Positions 17,148-27,039 are shown, counted from the stretch's first letter. The stretch is DNA of 32,000 bases from Promethearchaeia archaeon (GCA_046497275.1 JAWOFX010000088.1:30001-62000), one strand, 5' to 3'. Numbers and translations: made by a program. The notes: generated by a model not told the origin, from the letters alone.

Positions 17148-20100
17148 ATGCGAAAAAGAACTCAATTAGTTGGCTTTGAGTTTGGGTATTGGAAGCATGC
17201 ACAATATGCTGCTGAATTCTTAGATAATGCTCTTGATGCAATAGAGACCTTCCAATGGAAGGAAATAAAAAATGAAGATTCCAGCATAGCTTTTACATTA
17301 GACCAAGAATTATTCTTAGAAAATTTTTCTATTTTACAAGAGGAACAAGAAGAAGAGGATTCACAAACCTTAGATAATGAAGCAAAACAAACATTATTAG
17401 AAGAAATTAGGCCAGTATCCAAAGAATTAAAAAAGAATGATATCACCACCAAATCCAAAAAAGAAGTTCCAAAACCTAAAAAAAAGGAAGAAATCGAAGA
17501 AATCGAAGTTAAAAACTTGATTAAAGATATGGAGAGCTTAATCCAACCTGTCAACAATATCAATATCATAGATAAAGAACCAATTGTTATAATTAGACTC
17601 ACAGAATCAGAGGCTCATTCTTTATTAACTGGTGAGATAGATGCTAAAAATATAATGAGTTACAAATTCGAAGTTTTTGATAATGGTCTTGGAATGGCTA
17701 AGGTGGATGTAGAAAAGTATGGAAAATATTTAGCATCATCAAAAAGCATGGAGTTAAAACAGACAAGAGGTAGCCAAGGATTTGGTGCTCCAAGTGCATT
17801 TAGCGATGCCCAAAACACAACAGGAAAACCAATTGTTGCAGTATCTAAAACTTCGGATAATTTATATGCAACTGCATCTGAATTCTTTACAACTTCTAAA
17901 AATGAGAAAAGATATGTGGTTCATCCTACAGAAATAGATGTTCCTTTTCTTCATGGTACATATATTAAACTTAGTTATCTAAATATAAAATATGTAAGAG
18001 GATATGTGGATACTTACATTAAAGAAACTGCCTTAATGAACCCCCACGTGACTATTATATATATTGATCCCTATAATGAGGAATTCATATATCCTAGAAA
18101 GGTTTCATCTTTTCCGGCGGAACCTAGATATGCAAAACCTCACCCCTCATCAACAAATATAGGCGATCTTCAGGACCTATTAGGAAAATCTGAACATTTA
18201 TCATTAACTTCATTTTTACAAGATAATTTTGTAAGAATGAGCTATAATACTGCTAAGGAAGTAGTAGATCTCGCAGAAAGAGATTTACAAGACAAAATGA
18301 ACTTGCTGATCCTAAATGATGGATTCATTAAAATTACTAAAAAAAAAAGTGATCCAGTTCATTTTTTAAGATATGAAAAACGAGTTTATGGGAGATCAAC
18401 AAGATTAAGAGATAAATTAGTAGCTTATGAGGTTATTTCTGATGAAATGAGGGAAAAATATTGGAATGAGATTCAGAAATATCAAGATTTAAATGCAGAA
18501 ATTGATAGTATCACTGATAAAATTAAAAAATATAAAACTAAAATCCAAAAGGCCGATACCAAGAAAGAACAAAGGAAAATTAAGAGAGATGTTAAGAAAT
18601 TAAGAAGAAAAATTGATATTATTCGAGAAGACAAGGATAATATAAGAAAAAATCTGAATAAAATCTTTAAGGATAAAAAAGATGGATTAGAAGAAATTAC
18701 AGCTAAAAAAAAACTTCAAGAATTTGAAGATTTAGTAGAAGATGTAAAAATTTCAGATGCAAGGCCCCAAGATCTTACTAATGATCAATTTAATTCTCTT
18801 TTTTTTGCGTTTAAATCTATAAAATATATGGCTCCTCCCACGGACACAGTAGTCCCAGTTGGGGATGTTGTTTTAGAAAATACCTTAATAAAAGAATTGG
18901 GTCTAAAGGTATCAGAGAACTTAGATGATTTTGGAACTCCTGTAGAAGAATTAAAGAAATCATCTAAAAGTTTCCTAAATCGTAAGAAAACATTAATTTT
19001 AGAAAATAACCCAGATATGAGTAAAGAAGATTTGGATAATATTGAATTAACTGATGAGGATTTAATTGAATTCAATTCTCAAGTACTTTCTCAATTCATA
19101 TTGAAAGATGAAGATTTTGAACCAGAAGGATATATAAAAGATCTTAAGGATTTATTGGAAATATCTGAAAATTCAAAACAAATAGATTATAAACAAATTT
19201 TTGAATATTTTGTTGAAAATTTCACAAGAGAAGACGATTTCGTAGCAGCTGAAACTCGTGATCCTACTAGCGGTAAAGGTTTGGCCTACATTGTCGAAGG
19301 TGTTCTTGCTTACGCAAATAAACTAGATGTTCCAAAAAGATCAAGGGACGTTTTATCTCGATTCGTTAATAGAACGCCCAAACTTAGAGATTCAGCAGAT
19401 TGTGCTATTACCAAAGCAGTCCAAAACGTTAATTGGAAAAATTACAATATTGATAGTTTTGACAACGGATTGCCTAAAGGACCAATAAGGCTTTTGGTTA
19501 ATGTATCAGGACCATATGTTCATTTAATGTTCAAATCACAATCAAAAAATGCATTAGCTGATGATGAGGATCTTATAAATGAAATTAAATACTGTTTAGA
19601 AGCTATTGGAAGAAGATTGAGAGTATATCTTAACAGACGTGCTAAAATAAGAAAAAAAGAAAAAAGAGCAAATTTAATTGAAAAATATATTCCTAAATTT
19701 GTTAATAGTGTTTATAATATTGCTCAAGAGGGTAGTAGTTATAAAGATAAAATCTCCAAGGAAGAGCTAGAAAAATTGATGAAATCACCTATAAGGAAAC
19801 AAACATCTCCTATTAGTGAAGATATTACTAAGAAGATCTCCAAAAAGAAAAAAATAGAAAAAGAAAAGAAAAAGAAGGAATATGAAGTTGGAACCCTTGA
19901 AGAATATACTAAAACTGAATTAGAAAAGATCGCGGATGAAAAAGATATTGAGATACCAGCAAAAGCCAAAAAAGATGAAATTGTTAATATAATAGAAGAA
20001 ACCTTGGATATTGGAAAGGCAGAAGAGAAAGAAAAAAAGGAAGAGAAAGAAATTAAAGAGAAAGAAGTCGAAGAATTAGACGTCGAAAATTTAGAAAAAT

Positions 20101-20525
20101 ACACTGTAAAAGATCTGAAAAGAATCACTAAAGAGAAAAATATTGAAATATCATCAACAGCCAGGAAATCTGAATTAATAGATCAGATTCAAAAATCTCT
20201 CGGTATCAAAGAGAAAAAAGTAAAAGAAGAAAAGGAATCGGAACAGCCGGAAAAAATCATTAAAGAAGAGAAAAGGGAAAGAGTAAGAGCCCCTCCGATG
20301 CCTTCAAAGACAAAGCAACAAAAATTGCCCGTCCTTACAAATGAAGCTATTCTTGAGGCATTAGATAATGAAGAGTGGCAAAATATTCAAGACCTTATTT
20401 TTAAGATGAGAATTAAAGATATGTTAGATGCTCGACTATTACAAGTAAAGTTAAAAGAACTAGAAAGAAAGGAAGAATTAATTGTAAAAGCAAAAAAGGG
20501 AAAAAAGTTTTGGAAATTAAAATAG
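17148..20525 (+). CDS. top6B: DNA topoisomerase VI subunit B, greatly enlarged (true start probably upstream, about 17091-17097)
   Basis: GHKL motifs EFLDNALDA, DNGLG and QTRGSQGFG; NPH; PHP; H2TH region; APPTD; RFVNRTP; NWKNY; switch-lysine region FKSQSKNALA. Directly upstream of top6A. Confidence 0.93.
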   Translation: MRKRTQLVGFEFGYWKHAQYAAEFLDNALDAIETFQWKEIKNEDSSIAFTLDQELFLENFSILQEEQEEEDSQTLDNEAKQTLLEEIRPVSKELKKNDITTKSKKEVPKPKKKEEIEEIEVKNLIKDMESLIQPVNNINIIDKEPIVIIRLTESEAHSLLTGEIDAKNIMSYKFEVFDNGLGMAKVDVEKYGKYLASSKSMELKQTRGSQGFGAPSAFSDAQNTTGKPIVAVSKTSDNLYATASEFFTTSKNEKRYVVHPTEIDVPFLHGTYIKLSYLNIKYVRGYVDTYIKETALMNPHVTIIYIDPYNEEFIYPRKVSSFPAEPRYAKPHPSSTNIGDLQDLLGKSEHLSLTSFLQDNFVRMSYNTAKEVVDLAERDLQDKMNLLILNDGFIKITKKKSDPVHFLRYEKRVYGRSTRLRDKLVAYEVISDEMREKYWNEIQKYQDLNAEIDSITDKIKKYKTKIQKADTKKEQRKIKRDVKKLRRKIDIIREDKDNIRKNLNKIFKDKKDGLEEITAKKKLQEFEDLVEDVKISDARPQDLTNDQFNSLFFAFKSIKYMAPPTDTVVPVGDVVLENTLIKELGLKVSENLDDFGTPVEELKKSSKSFLNRKKTLILENNPDMSKEDLDNIELTDEDLIEFNSQVLSQFILKDEDFEPEGYIKDLKDLLEISENSKQIDYKQIFEYFVENFTREDDFVAAETRDPTSGKGLAYIVEGVLAYANKLDVPKRSRDVLSRFVNRTPKLRDSADCAITKAVQNVNWKNYNIDSFDNGLPKGPIRLLVNVSGPYVHLMFKSQSKNALADDEDLINEIKYCLEAIGRRLRVYLNRRAKIRKKEKRANLIEKYIPKFVNSVYNIAQEGSSYKDKISKEELEKLMKSPIRKQTSPISEDITKKISKKKKIEKEKKKKEYEVGTLEEYTKTELEKIADEKDIEIPAKAKKDEIVNIIEETLDIGKAEEKEKKEEKEIKEKEVEELDVENLEKYTVKDLKRITKEKNIEISSTARKSELIDQIQKSLGIKEKKVKEEKESEQPEKIIKEEKRERVRAPPMPSKTKQQKLPVLTNEAILEALDNEEWQNIQDLIFKMRIKDMLDARLLQVKLKELERKEELIVKAKKGKKFWKLK

Positions 20526-20531
20526 GGTGAT
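20525..20531 (+). promoter_or_regulatory. Shine-Dalgarno GGGTGAT for top6A
   Basis: Overlaps the top6B stop and lies 7 nt before ATG 20539. It explains the spurious GTG start in the ORF track. Confidence 0.65.
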
Positions 20532-20538
20532 ATTAACA

Positions 20539-21726
20539 ATGGCTAAAAGTGAAATGAAAGAAAAATGGGATTTAAAAGCTACAAAAGAATTATTAAATAA
20601 TTTACAAAACCAAGATTTTGAAAATAAAGATATAGAATTACCTGATGACACAATTAAGATCGATGATCTGAGAAGAAAAGAGGCACTGAATAAATTATAT
20701 TCACTTGTTGACAGTGTGATTGAAGATATTTATACTACGGGTAAACCAGTAATAGAATTACCATCGAGATCCAATTCTAATATTATTTGGGATGAAGAAA
20801 GTGATTTATTGCTCCTTGGAAAACAAATTCAGCAAAAACAGTTTCACTCATTAACTAGTGTTGCAGATATAACTCGTTTGATGCGTGTTTTGGAAATTAT
20901 AAATGAACTCCTCATGAAAGATATGCATGCCACGAAGAGGGAAATTTTTTACACTGATGTTAAACTTTTTCAAGATCAAAAAAATAGTGATAAGAGCATA
21001 GAAGATGTTGCAACCATGCTTTATACAACAAGAAATTCTACTCATGTAGTTGCCTCCGCCAGAGGATCATGTGTAGGCAGATTAAGAATTAGGGATAAAA
21101 ATGATATCATAGATTTAGAAGGACTAGGCAGTGGCGGATGGGGAATTAGCCCAATGTTAGATAATATTGAAATATTAGAATCTGATGCGGAATTCATTAT
21201 GGTTGTTGAAAAAGATGCGGCAATGATGAGATTGGCAGAAGCACGTTTTTGGAAACAATATCCTTGTATTATCCTTACTGCTCAAGGAGTTGGAAATGTG
21301 GCTGTAAGAATGTTTCTGAAAAGATTAAGCAAAGAGTTACAACTTCCCGTGTTTAGTTTAGTTGACAGTGATCCATATGGTCATTATATCCATAGCGTAT
21401 ATATGCGTGGATCTAAAAGATTGAGTTATGAATCTCCATTCTTAGCTACACCCGATATAAAGCTTTTAGGTGTATTAACAAGAGATTTAGATAAATACAA
21501 TGTACCAGATGATTGTAGACTAGATATGAATAAAACAGACATTAAAAGAACACAAGATTTATTAAAAGAAGATTTTGTAAAAAAAAATAAAGCTTGGAAA
21601 ACCGATTTAGAACTTGCTCTAAAAATAAAAAAGAAAGCAGAAATTCAAGCTCTTTCATCTCATGGATTTGAATTTTTAACAGAAAAATATCTCCCAGAAA
21701 AGTTATCAACTGGAGATTGGTTATAA
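20539..21726 (+). CDS. top6A: DNA topoisomerase VI subunit A (Spo11 homologue)
   Basis: TKREIFY (catalytic Tyr), Toprim VVEKDA, DSDPYG and KAEIQAL. Confidence 0.96.
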   Translation: MAKSEMKEKWDLKATKELLNNLQNQDFENKDIELPDDTIKIDDLRRKEALNKLYSLVDSVIEDIYTTGKPVIELPSRSNSNIIWDEESDLLLLGKQIQQKQFHSLTSVADITRLMRVLEIINELLMKDMHATKREIFYTDVKLFQDQKNSDKSIEDVATMLYTTRNSTHVVASARGSCVGRLRIRDKNDIIDLEGLGSGGWGISPMLDNIEILESDAEFIMVVEKDAAMMRLAEARFWKQYPCIILTAQGVGNVAVRMFLKRLSKELQLPVFSLVDSDPYGHYIHSVYMRGSKRLSYESPFLATPDIKLLGVLTRDLDKYNVPDDCRLDMNKTDIKRTQDLLKEDFVKKNKAWKTDLELALKIKKKAEIQALSSHGFEFLTEKYLPEKLSTGDWL

Positions 21727-21739
21727 AAGGTAATGCATT

Positions 21740-22264
21740 ATGAGAGTATTTCAAAAAAAAGATGGTGGGATCGTTCAATTAATAGATAAAGAGAGAATGC
21801 AAGAATGGTCAATTGAGCTTCCTTTAATATTTATAGAGTATATAAGGAACAATAAACTGGATAGTTATGATGACGACAAGGTAAAAAAAGCAGTTGCAGA
21901 ATATTTAGATGAAATAATGGAAGATGTAGCAGTTCCAAGATTAATTGAGGTTTTGGAAGGAGATAATGTAGAGGAAATAATCAATGCTTTGGAACGCATT
22001 GAAAAAATTGCCAATGAGAATCTTGATATAACTCGTCCGATAAGACCTTATTTAGAGGATCTTTTACAAAAAGATAATGAAAAAATAAGTAACTTAACAG
22101 ATAGCATCTTAGAATTATTCAGAAGAGAGGAGAGAAGGAAGGAATTGAGCGAAAAGCGGAAAATTATGGAGAAAAAAGAAGAATTATTCATGAAAGGAAA
22201 AATTACTGCTGATGAATATGCTGAAGCCAGAAAAGAATATATCAAATTTCGCGATAATAGATAA
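21740..22264 (+). CDS. Hypothetical helical protein (HEAT-like hairpin, coiled coil, SHOCT-like C-terminus)
   Basis: VPRLIEVLEGDNVEEIINALERI is HEAT-like; LFMKGKITADEYAEARKE is SHOCT-like. Tightly spaced between top6A and pyrE. Confidence 0.65.
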   Translation: MRVFQKKDGGIVQLIDKERMQEWSIELPLIFIEYIRNNKLDSYDDDKVKKAVAEYLDEIMEDVAVPRLIEVLEGDNVEEIINALERIEKIANENLDITRPIRPYLEDLLQKDNEKISNLTDSILELFRREERRKELSEKRKIMEKKEELFMKGKITADEYAEARKEYIKFRDNR

Positions 22265-22285
22265 TACCAAAAAGATGATTTATTT

Positions 22286-22981
22286 ATGAAGCCAAGTTTA
22301 GAATTAAAAGAAGATTTTACTAATTTTATATTAAAAAACAATATTATTGGGTTTTTTAAGGATCCAATTACTTTAAAGTCTGGAAGAGTTTCCTATTGGT
22401 ACGTAAATTGGAGAGATATCTCATCAGATGTCTATTTAATCGATAAATTAACGGATTTCATTATCAAATTTGTTAATGAATTAAATTTAAATCCCGATTG
22501 TTTTTTTGGAGTTCCTGAAGGCGCTACCAAACTAGGTATAATAACTCAATATAAATGGGCGAAAATGCAAGAAGATTTTAGAAAAAATAATTATATCCTA
22601 TCAATGGGACGAGGATCTCCAAAAAAACATGGAGATCCAAAAGATAGATACTATTTGGGAATACCAGATGGTAAAGTAATTATTCTTGAGGATGTGACAA
22701 CCACTGGGCAGTCTCTTATCGATATTATTAACCAATTCTCCATACTAAATATAGATATCCAAGCTGCTATTAGTTTAACGAATAGAAATGAGAGAAGAAG
22801 TGATGGAAAAACAGTAAAAGAACTAATAATGAGAAAAAACATACCTTATTATTCAATGAGTAATGCTTTAGAGTTATTACCTAGAGTTTATGAAATGAAT
22901 GAAATAGATAAGGTTATCGCTAAAAAAGTCGAAGATTATTTTTTAAAATATGGAGAGAAAGAATTAATATTAACTAGATAA
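22286..22981 (+). CDS. pyrE: Orotate phosphoribosyltransferase
   Basis: TLKSGRVSYWYVN, KKHG loop and the PRPP-binding motif IILEDVTTTGQS. Confidence 0.9.
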   Translation: MKPSLELKEDFTNFILKNNIIGFFKDPITLKSGRVSYWYVNWRDISSDVYLIDKLTDFIIKFVNELNLNPDCFFGVPEGATKLGIITQYKWAKMQEDFRKNNYILSMGRGSPKKHGDPKDRYYLGIPDGKVIILEDVTTTGQSLIDIINQFSILNIDIQAAISLTNRNERRSDGKTVKELIMRKNIPYYSMSNALELLPRVYEMNEIDKVIAKKVEDYFLKYGEKELILTR

Positions 22982-22993
22982 GTATCCTGTTTT

Positions 22994-23548
22994 TTAATGT
23001 AGATAGAAGTTCCTCCATTTATATATTAATTCTGAAATCTGAGAAAATAGAATTTGTTCAGCATTAGTTAATCTACTTTCATCTGAAACGGATAATTCAC
23101 TACGTGCTAATCGTAATAATTTTAAAAGTCTACTATCAATTATATTTGCCATATAAGAATTGAATTTGTCTAAATCTGATTTAGGTTTAACCCCTTCTTT
23201 TACTTTTATTTTAGTAAATAGCTTAAATTCCTTTATTTTATTTAAAAAGTACTTATCGTGTATTTCTCTTAGTTTTCGATCATCTCTTTCACTTATAGCA
23301 TGTCTTTGTACATCTGTATTATCGCATTTCTCTTGTGGCGCAATTTTTAATATATTTTTATCAATTAAAGGAATTGCCAGAAATAACTCTAATCTATAAT
23401 TTTCTCCTTTTTTAAAAGGACCAATTTTCCTATTTAAAAGGGAGAACCCTTTATAATCATTAATACATTCGGTTAAAATTTCCGTATTCTTAAAAATGAA
23501 ATTTATTCTGATTAATATTTCCTCTAAATTTGGTTTAATTTTAAACAA
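22994..23548 (-). CDS. gins23: GINS complex subunit, GINS23 (Psf2/Psf3-like, B domain then A domain)
   Basis: B-domain-like IGPFKKGENYRLELFLAIPL, then helical A-domain motifs IIDSRLLKLLRLA and LTNAEQILFSQISELIYKWR. mcm is nearby. Start codon uncertain. Confidence 0.72.
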   Translation of the reverse strand: MFKIKPNLEEILIRINFIFKNTEILTECINDYKGFSLLNRKIGPFKKGENYRLELFLAIPLIDKNILKIAPQEKCDNTDVQRHAISERDDRKLREIHDKYFLNKIKEFKLFTKIKVKEGVKPKSDLDKFNSYMANIIDSRLLKLLRLARSELSVSDESRLTNAEQILFSQISELIYKWRNFYLH

Positions 23549-23679
23549 GCCTTTTTCCGCAACGTTTTTTACTTTTTAATTATATTTTTTATATTACAAA
23601 CATAATTTATTATAATATTAATAGAAAATTAGAAAATTATATTTAATTATTAATTATTTACTACTTCTGTGAAATCTAT

Positions 23680-26600
23680 TTGATTGCTGAGATAATTCTA
23701 CTCGTTATTTTCGTAATATTTGTTATAGTTGGGTTTTATATAATTTATCGGCAGGTAGCCTTAGTTAAGAAAGGAGAATTATCGTATAAAGAAATCTTAT
23801 TATGTGCTTTTTATGGAATTATTTTTAGCATGTCAGTGATGATCATTATGGCAATGGCGTTCATATTTGCCATAAAATCTCCAGATCTATGGACAATAGG
23901 AATAGATCCCCCCGAAAATATAAATGAATTAACCTTGCTCATTCCTTTTATTATTTGTTTCGTATATATTTCTTTATATCCATTAGTCGATTTCATATAT
24001 TTAGCTTTAAGTTCAGAGACAAAAGAAGGCTTAACCATCTTTCACAAGATTCTTGGAGAAAAAGTAATTAATAAAAATAAATCAAAATACATATCTTTGC
24101 TAATGGCATTCATTTTTTATTCAATTATATTTGTAATTCCTCCATTTTTAATTACTCTAGCAGGTGCTCCTTTTATCATGATTTGGATCACGTGGTTTTT
24201 AATCTATCCTTTAATGATATTAACATATTATGGTGCTAAAGGGTATATCGCAGGTATTACAAACGCCTTCGTTCATATCCCATACATGAAACGCTCTATT
24301 TTTTTAGGATTTGAAGATTCTAAAAGAACATTAAAAGAATTTCTTGATGATCCTATATCCTATATAACGATTGGATTAATGTTATTCGTATTTGTTTGGC
24401 AATGGATATCAATGTTTCAAACTTTAGGTTTTTTAGCAACGGGATCTCTAGCGATTTCTACCTATTCTTACTCTGGTATGGTTTTTATCACTCTACTATT
24501 TGGTGTTATTGGATATTTCACACGTTTTTGGGGAAGAAAGATTCAATATAGAGGTATTGATATCTTTTTTGCTGCCTATCTTATGGCTGCTGTTGGAATA
24601 AATGTATTAGTTAATTTTCTTATAGTAAATATCGATAAATTAACGGATACGTTTAATAGCTGGGTATTTACATCTACCATTCCCACTAGTTTCCTATTAT
24701 TTGCGATACCTGCAGTGATTGAGGAAATAGTTCTTATAATTTTTACATCCTATTATTTTCTTTCAAAAAAAAGTAGTTTTAACATTAACTTCAAACTATC
24801 AAAAATAAACCAATCTTCTCAAACATTTGACCCCGTTCCATTATTTAATTTTTTAAAAAGTAAAGATCCTGAGATAAGTAAAAATGCAGAAAACGCTTTA
24901 ATCAAAATGTACGAAAGAATCCCATTTAAAGTTGATGTGGATATTGATGATTTTAGAATAAAAACTCAATTATTAGACGGTTTATGTGATTTGAATCAAA
25001 AATCAAGAGAAGTTAGTTATAGAATCTTAATAAATCTAGAAAAAAAAGTTCCAGAAAAGATTCTACCTTGGGTTATAGAAGGATTAAGATCACCTAATTA
25101 TGATAAGAGTATTCCAATTGCAAGATCTCTTCAAGAATTAGAACTTTCATTTATCGAAAAGATTCCCCAAAAATTATTGCTTGAATTGATCGGAGATCCC
25201 GAATGGAGGATTAGATTCCTTTCCCTAAAAATACTCTCACGATTAGTAGAATTTAGAGAAGATAAAATTGAGAAACTTGATTTATATAAATTACTAGAAG
25301 ATCCCGAAATAAAAGTTCAAGCAGAAATTTTGAATCTATTATCAAAAACTTCTTATCTCCCACCGCTTGATCTTATTATTGATAAAATTAATCATAATCA
25401 TAAGTTGATCCGTGCCTCAGCAATTAAGAATTTACAGAAAATAAATAAAGAGAATTTTGATTCTAAACTTATCCCTAAATTGTTACCCTTGATGAGAGAC
25501 CCTTCAAGTTCGGTAAGAGCATCTATCTTCCAATTTTTTACAAAATTAGGTAATTTTAAAAAATTTTCCATACCTTTATCTCCAATATTAGATGGTTTAT
25601 CAGATCCTGATCCTAAATTGAGAAACGCTTCTGTCACTCTTCTCAGTAAATACTTTCAAGAAAAACCTAAAGCTATTGATATAAAGAATATCATAAATAA
25701 AATAGATAAAACTAACACAGAATCTTTATTAAGTATTTTAACTCTATTAGGAAAAATTTGGTACAAAAATGAAGAGAAAGTATTAAAAATCCTTTTAGAG
25801 TTTATTAAATATGATAATATTGACGTAAAGGAAAAAGTTTCACAGATTATCGTAGAAAAATCCAGAACAGAACCAAATTTGATTTTAAATGAATTAATTA
25901 AAATCCAAGATACCTCAAAATTCGTTTCAAAAGGTATTATTTCAAGAACACTAATAAAAATTGCTCAAAAAAATCCGGAAAAGATTATTCCCAAATTAAT
26001 CAAACTCTCTCAATCCGAGGATATTGATATTAAATTAAATGCTTTATCCGCAATAGAAGGTATTATAGATGATTATTCCAATAAAATTGATATTAAGGAG
26101 ATTTTTTCAATTTTACAAACTAATAAAAATAAAGAAGTGAAAAAAGAAATATCAAAAATTCTAAAAAAATTTGCGAAAAAAGATCCTGAATCTATAGAAC
26201 CTATAATCAATGAATTAATTGAAATTTTTGGTGAACAAGAAACATCTGTAAAAATTTCATTAGTAAAATCTTTATTAGAGATAGCAGAAAAGGCTCCTAA
26301 TTTAATCTCCATTAAATCCGCAATAAATCTTCTTTCTGAAAAAGATTCATTTATAAGAGAATATGCAACTAAAATAATTGGAGCAATTGGAGCTCATTCA
26401 GAAAAATATAAGATAGCTATTGATGCCTTATTAAATAATGCACTTCGTGATGAGGATTGGATTGTTCGAGAAGCCGCAATTAGCGCTCTTGGAAAAATTA
26501 TTCATCAGTTAGAAAATAAGGATTTTATTGTAAGTCAATTGATTTCATTCCTTGATGATGATGAGACTTGGGTGAGACGTTCAGCTTTAAACATGCTCTC

Positions 26601-27039
26601 CGAAATTGAGGATTTAAAAGCCTCACAGATTTCTATTAATAAAATCGAAAAAAATATTTATCATGAAAATGAAAACGTTAGAGAAGCAACCGCAAAATTA
26701 TTAAAAGTTTATGCTCAAGAAAATCTTGAGAAGATTTTTAAATATGCTTTGGATTTATTAGAAGATTCTTCTGAAAAAGTAAGAAATACTATGATTAATT
26801 CCATGGTTGATATAGTCCGAAGAAAAGGAGTTAAAAATATTTTACCACAATTATTAAAACATCTGAGTGATGAATTTAGTATTCAAATACAGAGGTCAAT
26901 ATCTATTATATTGGGTCGTTCTGTTAAATATGAAGGAGAAGATATTAAAAAGAGAGTAATTTCTCTATTGAAAATACGATGCGAAATGTCCCAAGATGAA
27001 ATTATTTGTGGAGTCCTCCAAAATCTTATGGAAAATTAA
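23680..27039 (+). CDS. Integral membrane protein (about 9 TM helices) fused to a long HEAT-repeat solenoid
   Basis: Nine hydrophobic segments in aa 1-360, then repeated L-x-D-x3-VR-x2-A units (e.g. LMRDPSSSVRAS, ALRDEDWIVREAA, FLDDDETWVRRSA, LLEDSSEKVRN). Confidence 0.85.
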   Translation: MIAEIILLVIFVIFVIVGFYIIYRQVALVKKGELSYKEILLCAFYGIIFSMSVMIIMAMAFIFAIKSPDLWTIGIDPPENINELTLLIPFIICFVYISLYPLVDFIYLALSSETKEGLTIFHKILGEKVINKNKSKYISLLMAFIFYSIIFVIPPFLITLAGAPFIMIWITWFLIYPLMILTYYGAKGYIAGITNAFVHIPYMKRSIFLGFEDSKRTLKEFLDDPISYITIGLMLFVFVWQWISMFQTLGFLATGSLAISTYSYSGMVFITLLFGVIGYFTRFWGRKIQYRGIDIFFAAYLMAAVGINVLVNFLIVNIDKLTDTFNSWVFTSTIPTSFLLFAIPAVIEEIVLIIFTSYYFLSKKSSFNINFKLSKINQSSQTFDPVPLFNFLKSKDPEISKNAENALIKMYERIPFKVDVDIDDFRIKTQLLDGLCDLNQKSREVSYRILINLEKKVPEKILPWVIEGLRSPNYDKSIPIARSLQELELSFIEKIPQKLLLELIGDPEWRIRFLSLKILSRLVEFREDKIEKLDLYKLLEDPEIKVQAEILNLLSKTSYLPPLDLIIDKINHNHKLIRASAIKNLQKINKENFDSKLIPKLLPLMRDPSSSVRASIFQFFTKLGNFKKFSIPLSPILDGLSDPDPKLRNASVTLLSKYFQEKPKAIDIKNIINKIDKTNTESLLSILTLLGKIWYKNEEKVLKILLEFIKYDNIDVKEKVSQIIVEKSRTEPNLILNELIKIQDTSKFVSKGIISRTLIKIAQKNPEKIIPKLIKLSQSEDIDIKLNALSAIEGIIDDYSNKIDIKEIFSILQTNKNKEVKKEISKILKKFAKKDPESIEPIINELIEIFGEQETSVKISLVKSLLEIAEKAPNLISIKSAINLLSEKDSFIREYATKIIGAIGAHSEKYKIAIDALLNNALRDEDWIVREAAISALGKIIHQLENKDFIVSQLISFLDDDETWVRRSALNMLSEIEDLKASQISINKIEKNIYHENENVREATAKLLKVYAQENLEKIFKYALDLLEDSSEKVRNTMINSMVDIVRRKGVKNILPQLLKHLSDEFSIQIQRSISIILGRSVKYEGEDIKKRVISLLKIRCEMSQDEIICGVLQNLMEN

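Noticed and set aside
17250-19232. Top6B insertions as inteins
   Set aside because: No Cys/Ser1 block A, TxxH block B or terminal HN-[CST] motifs.
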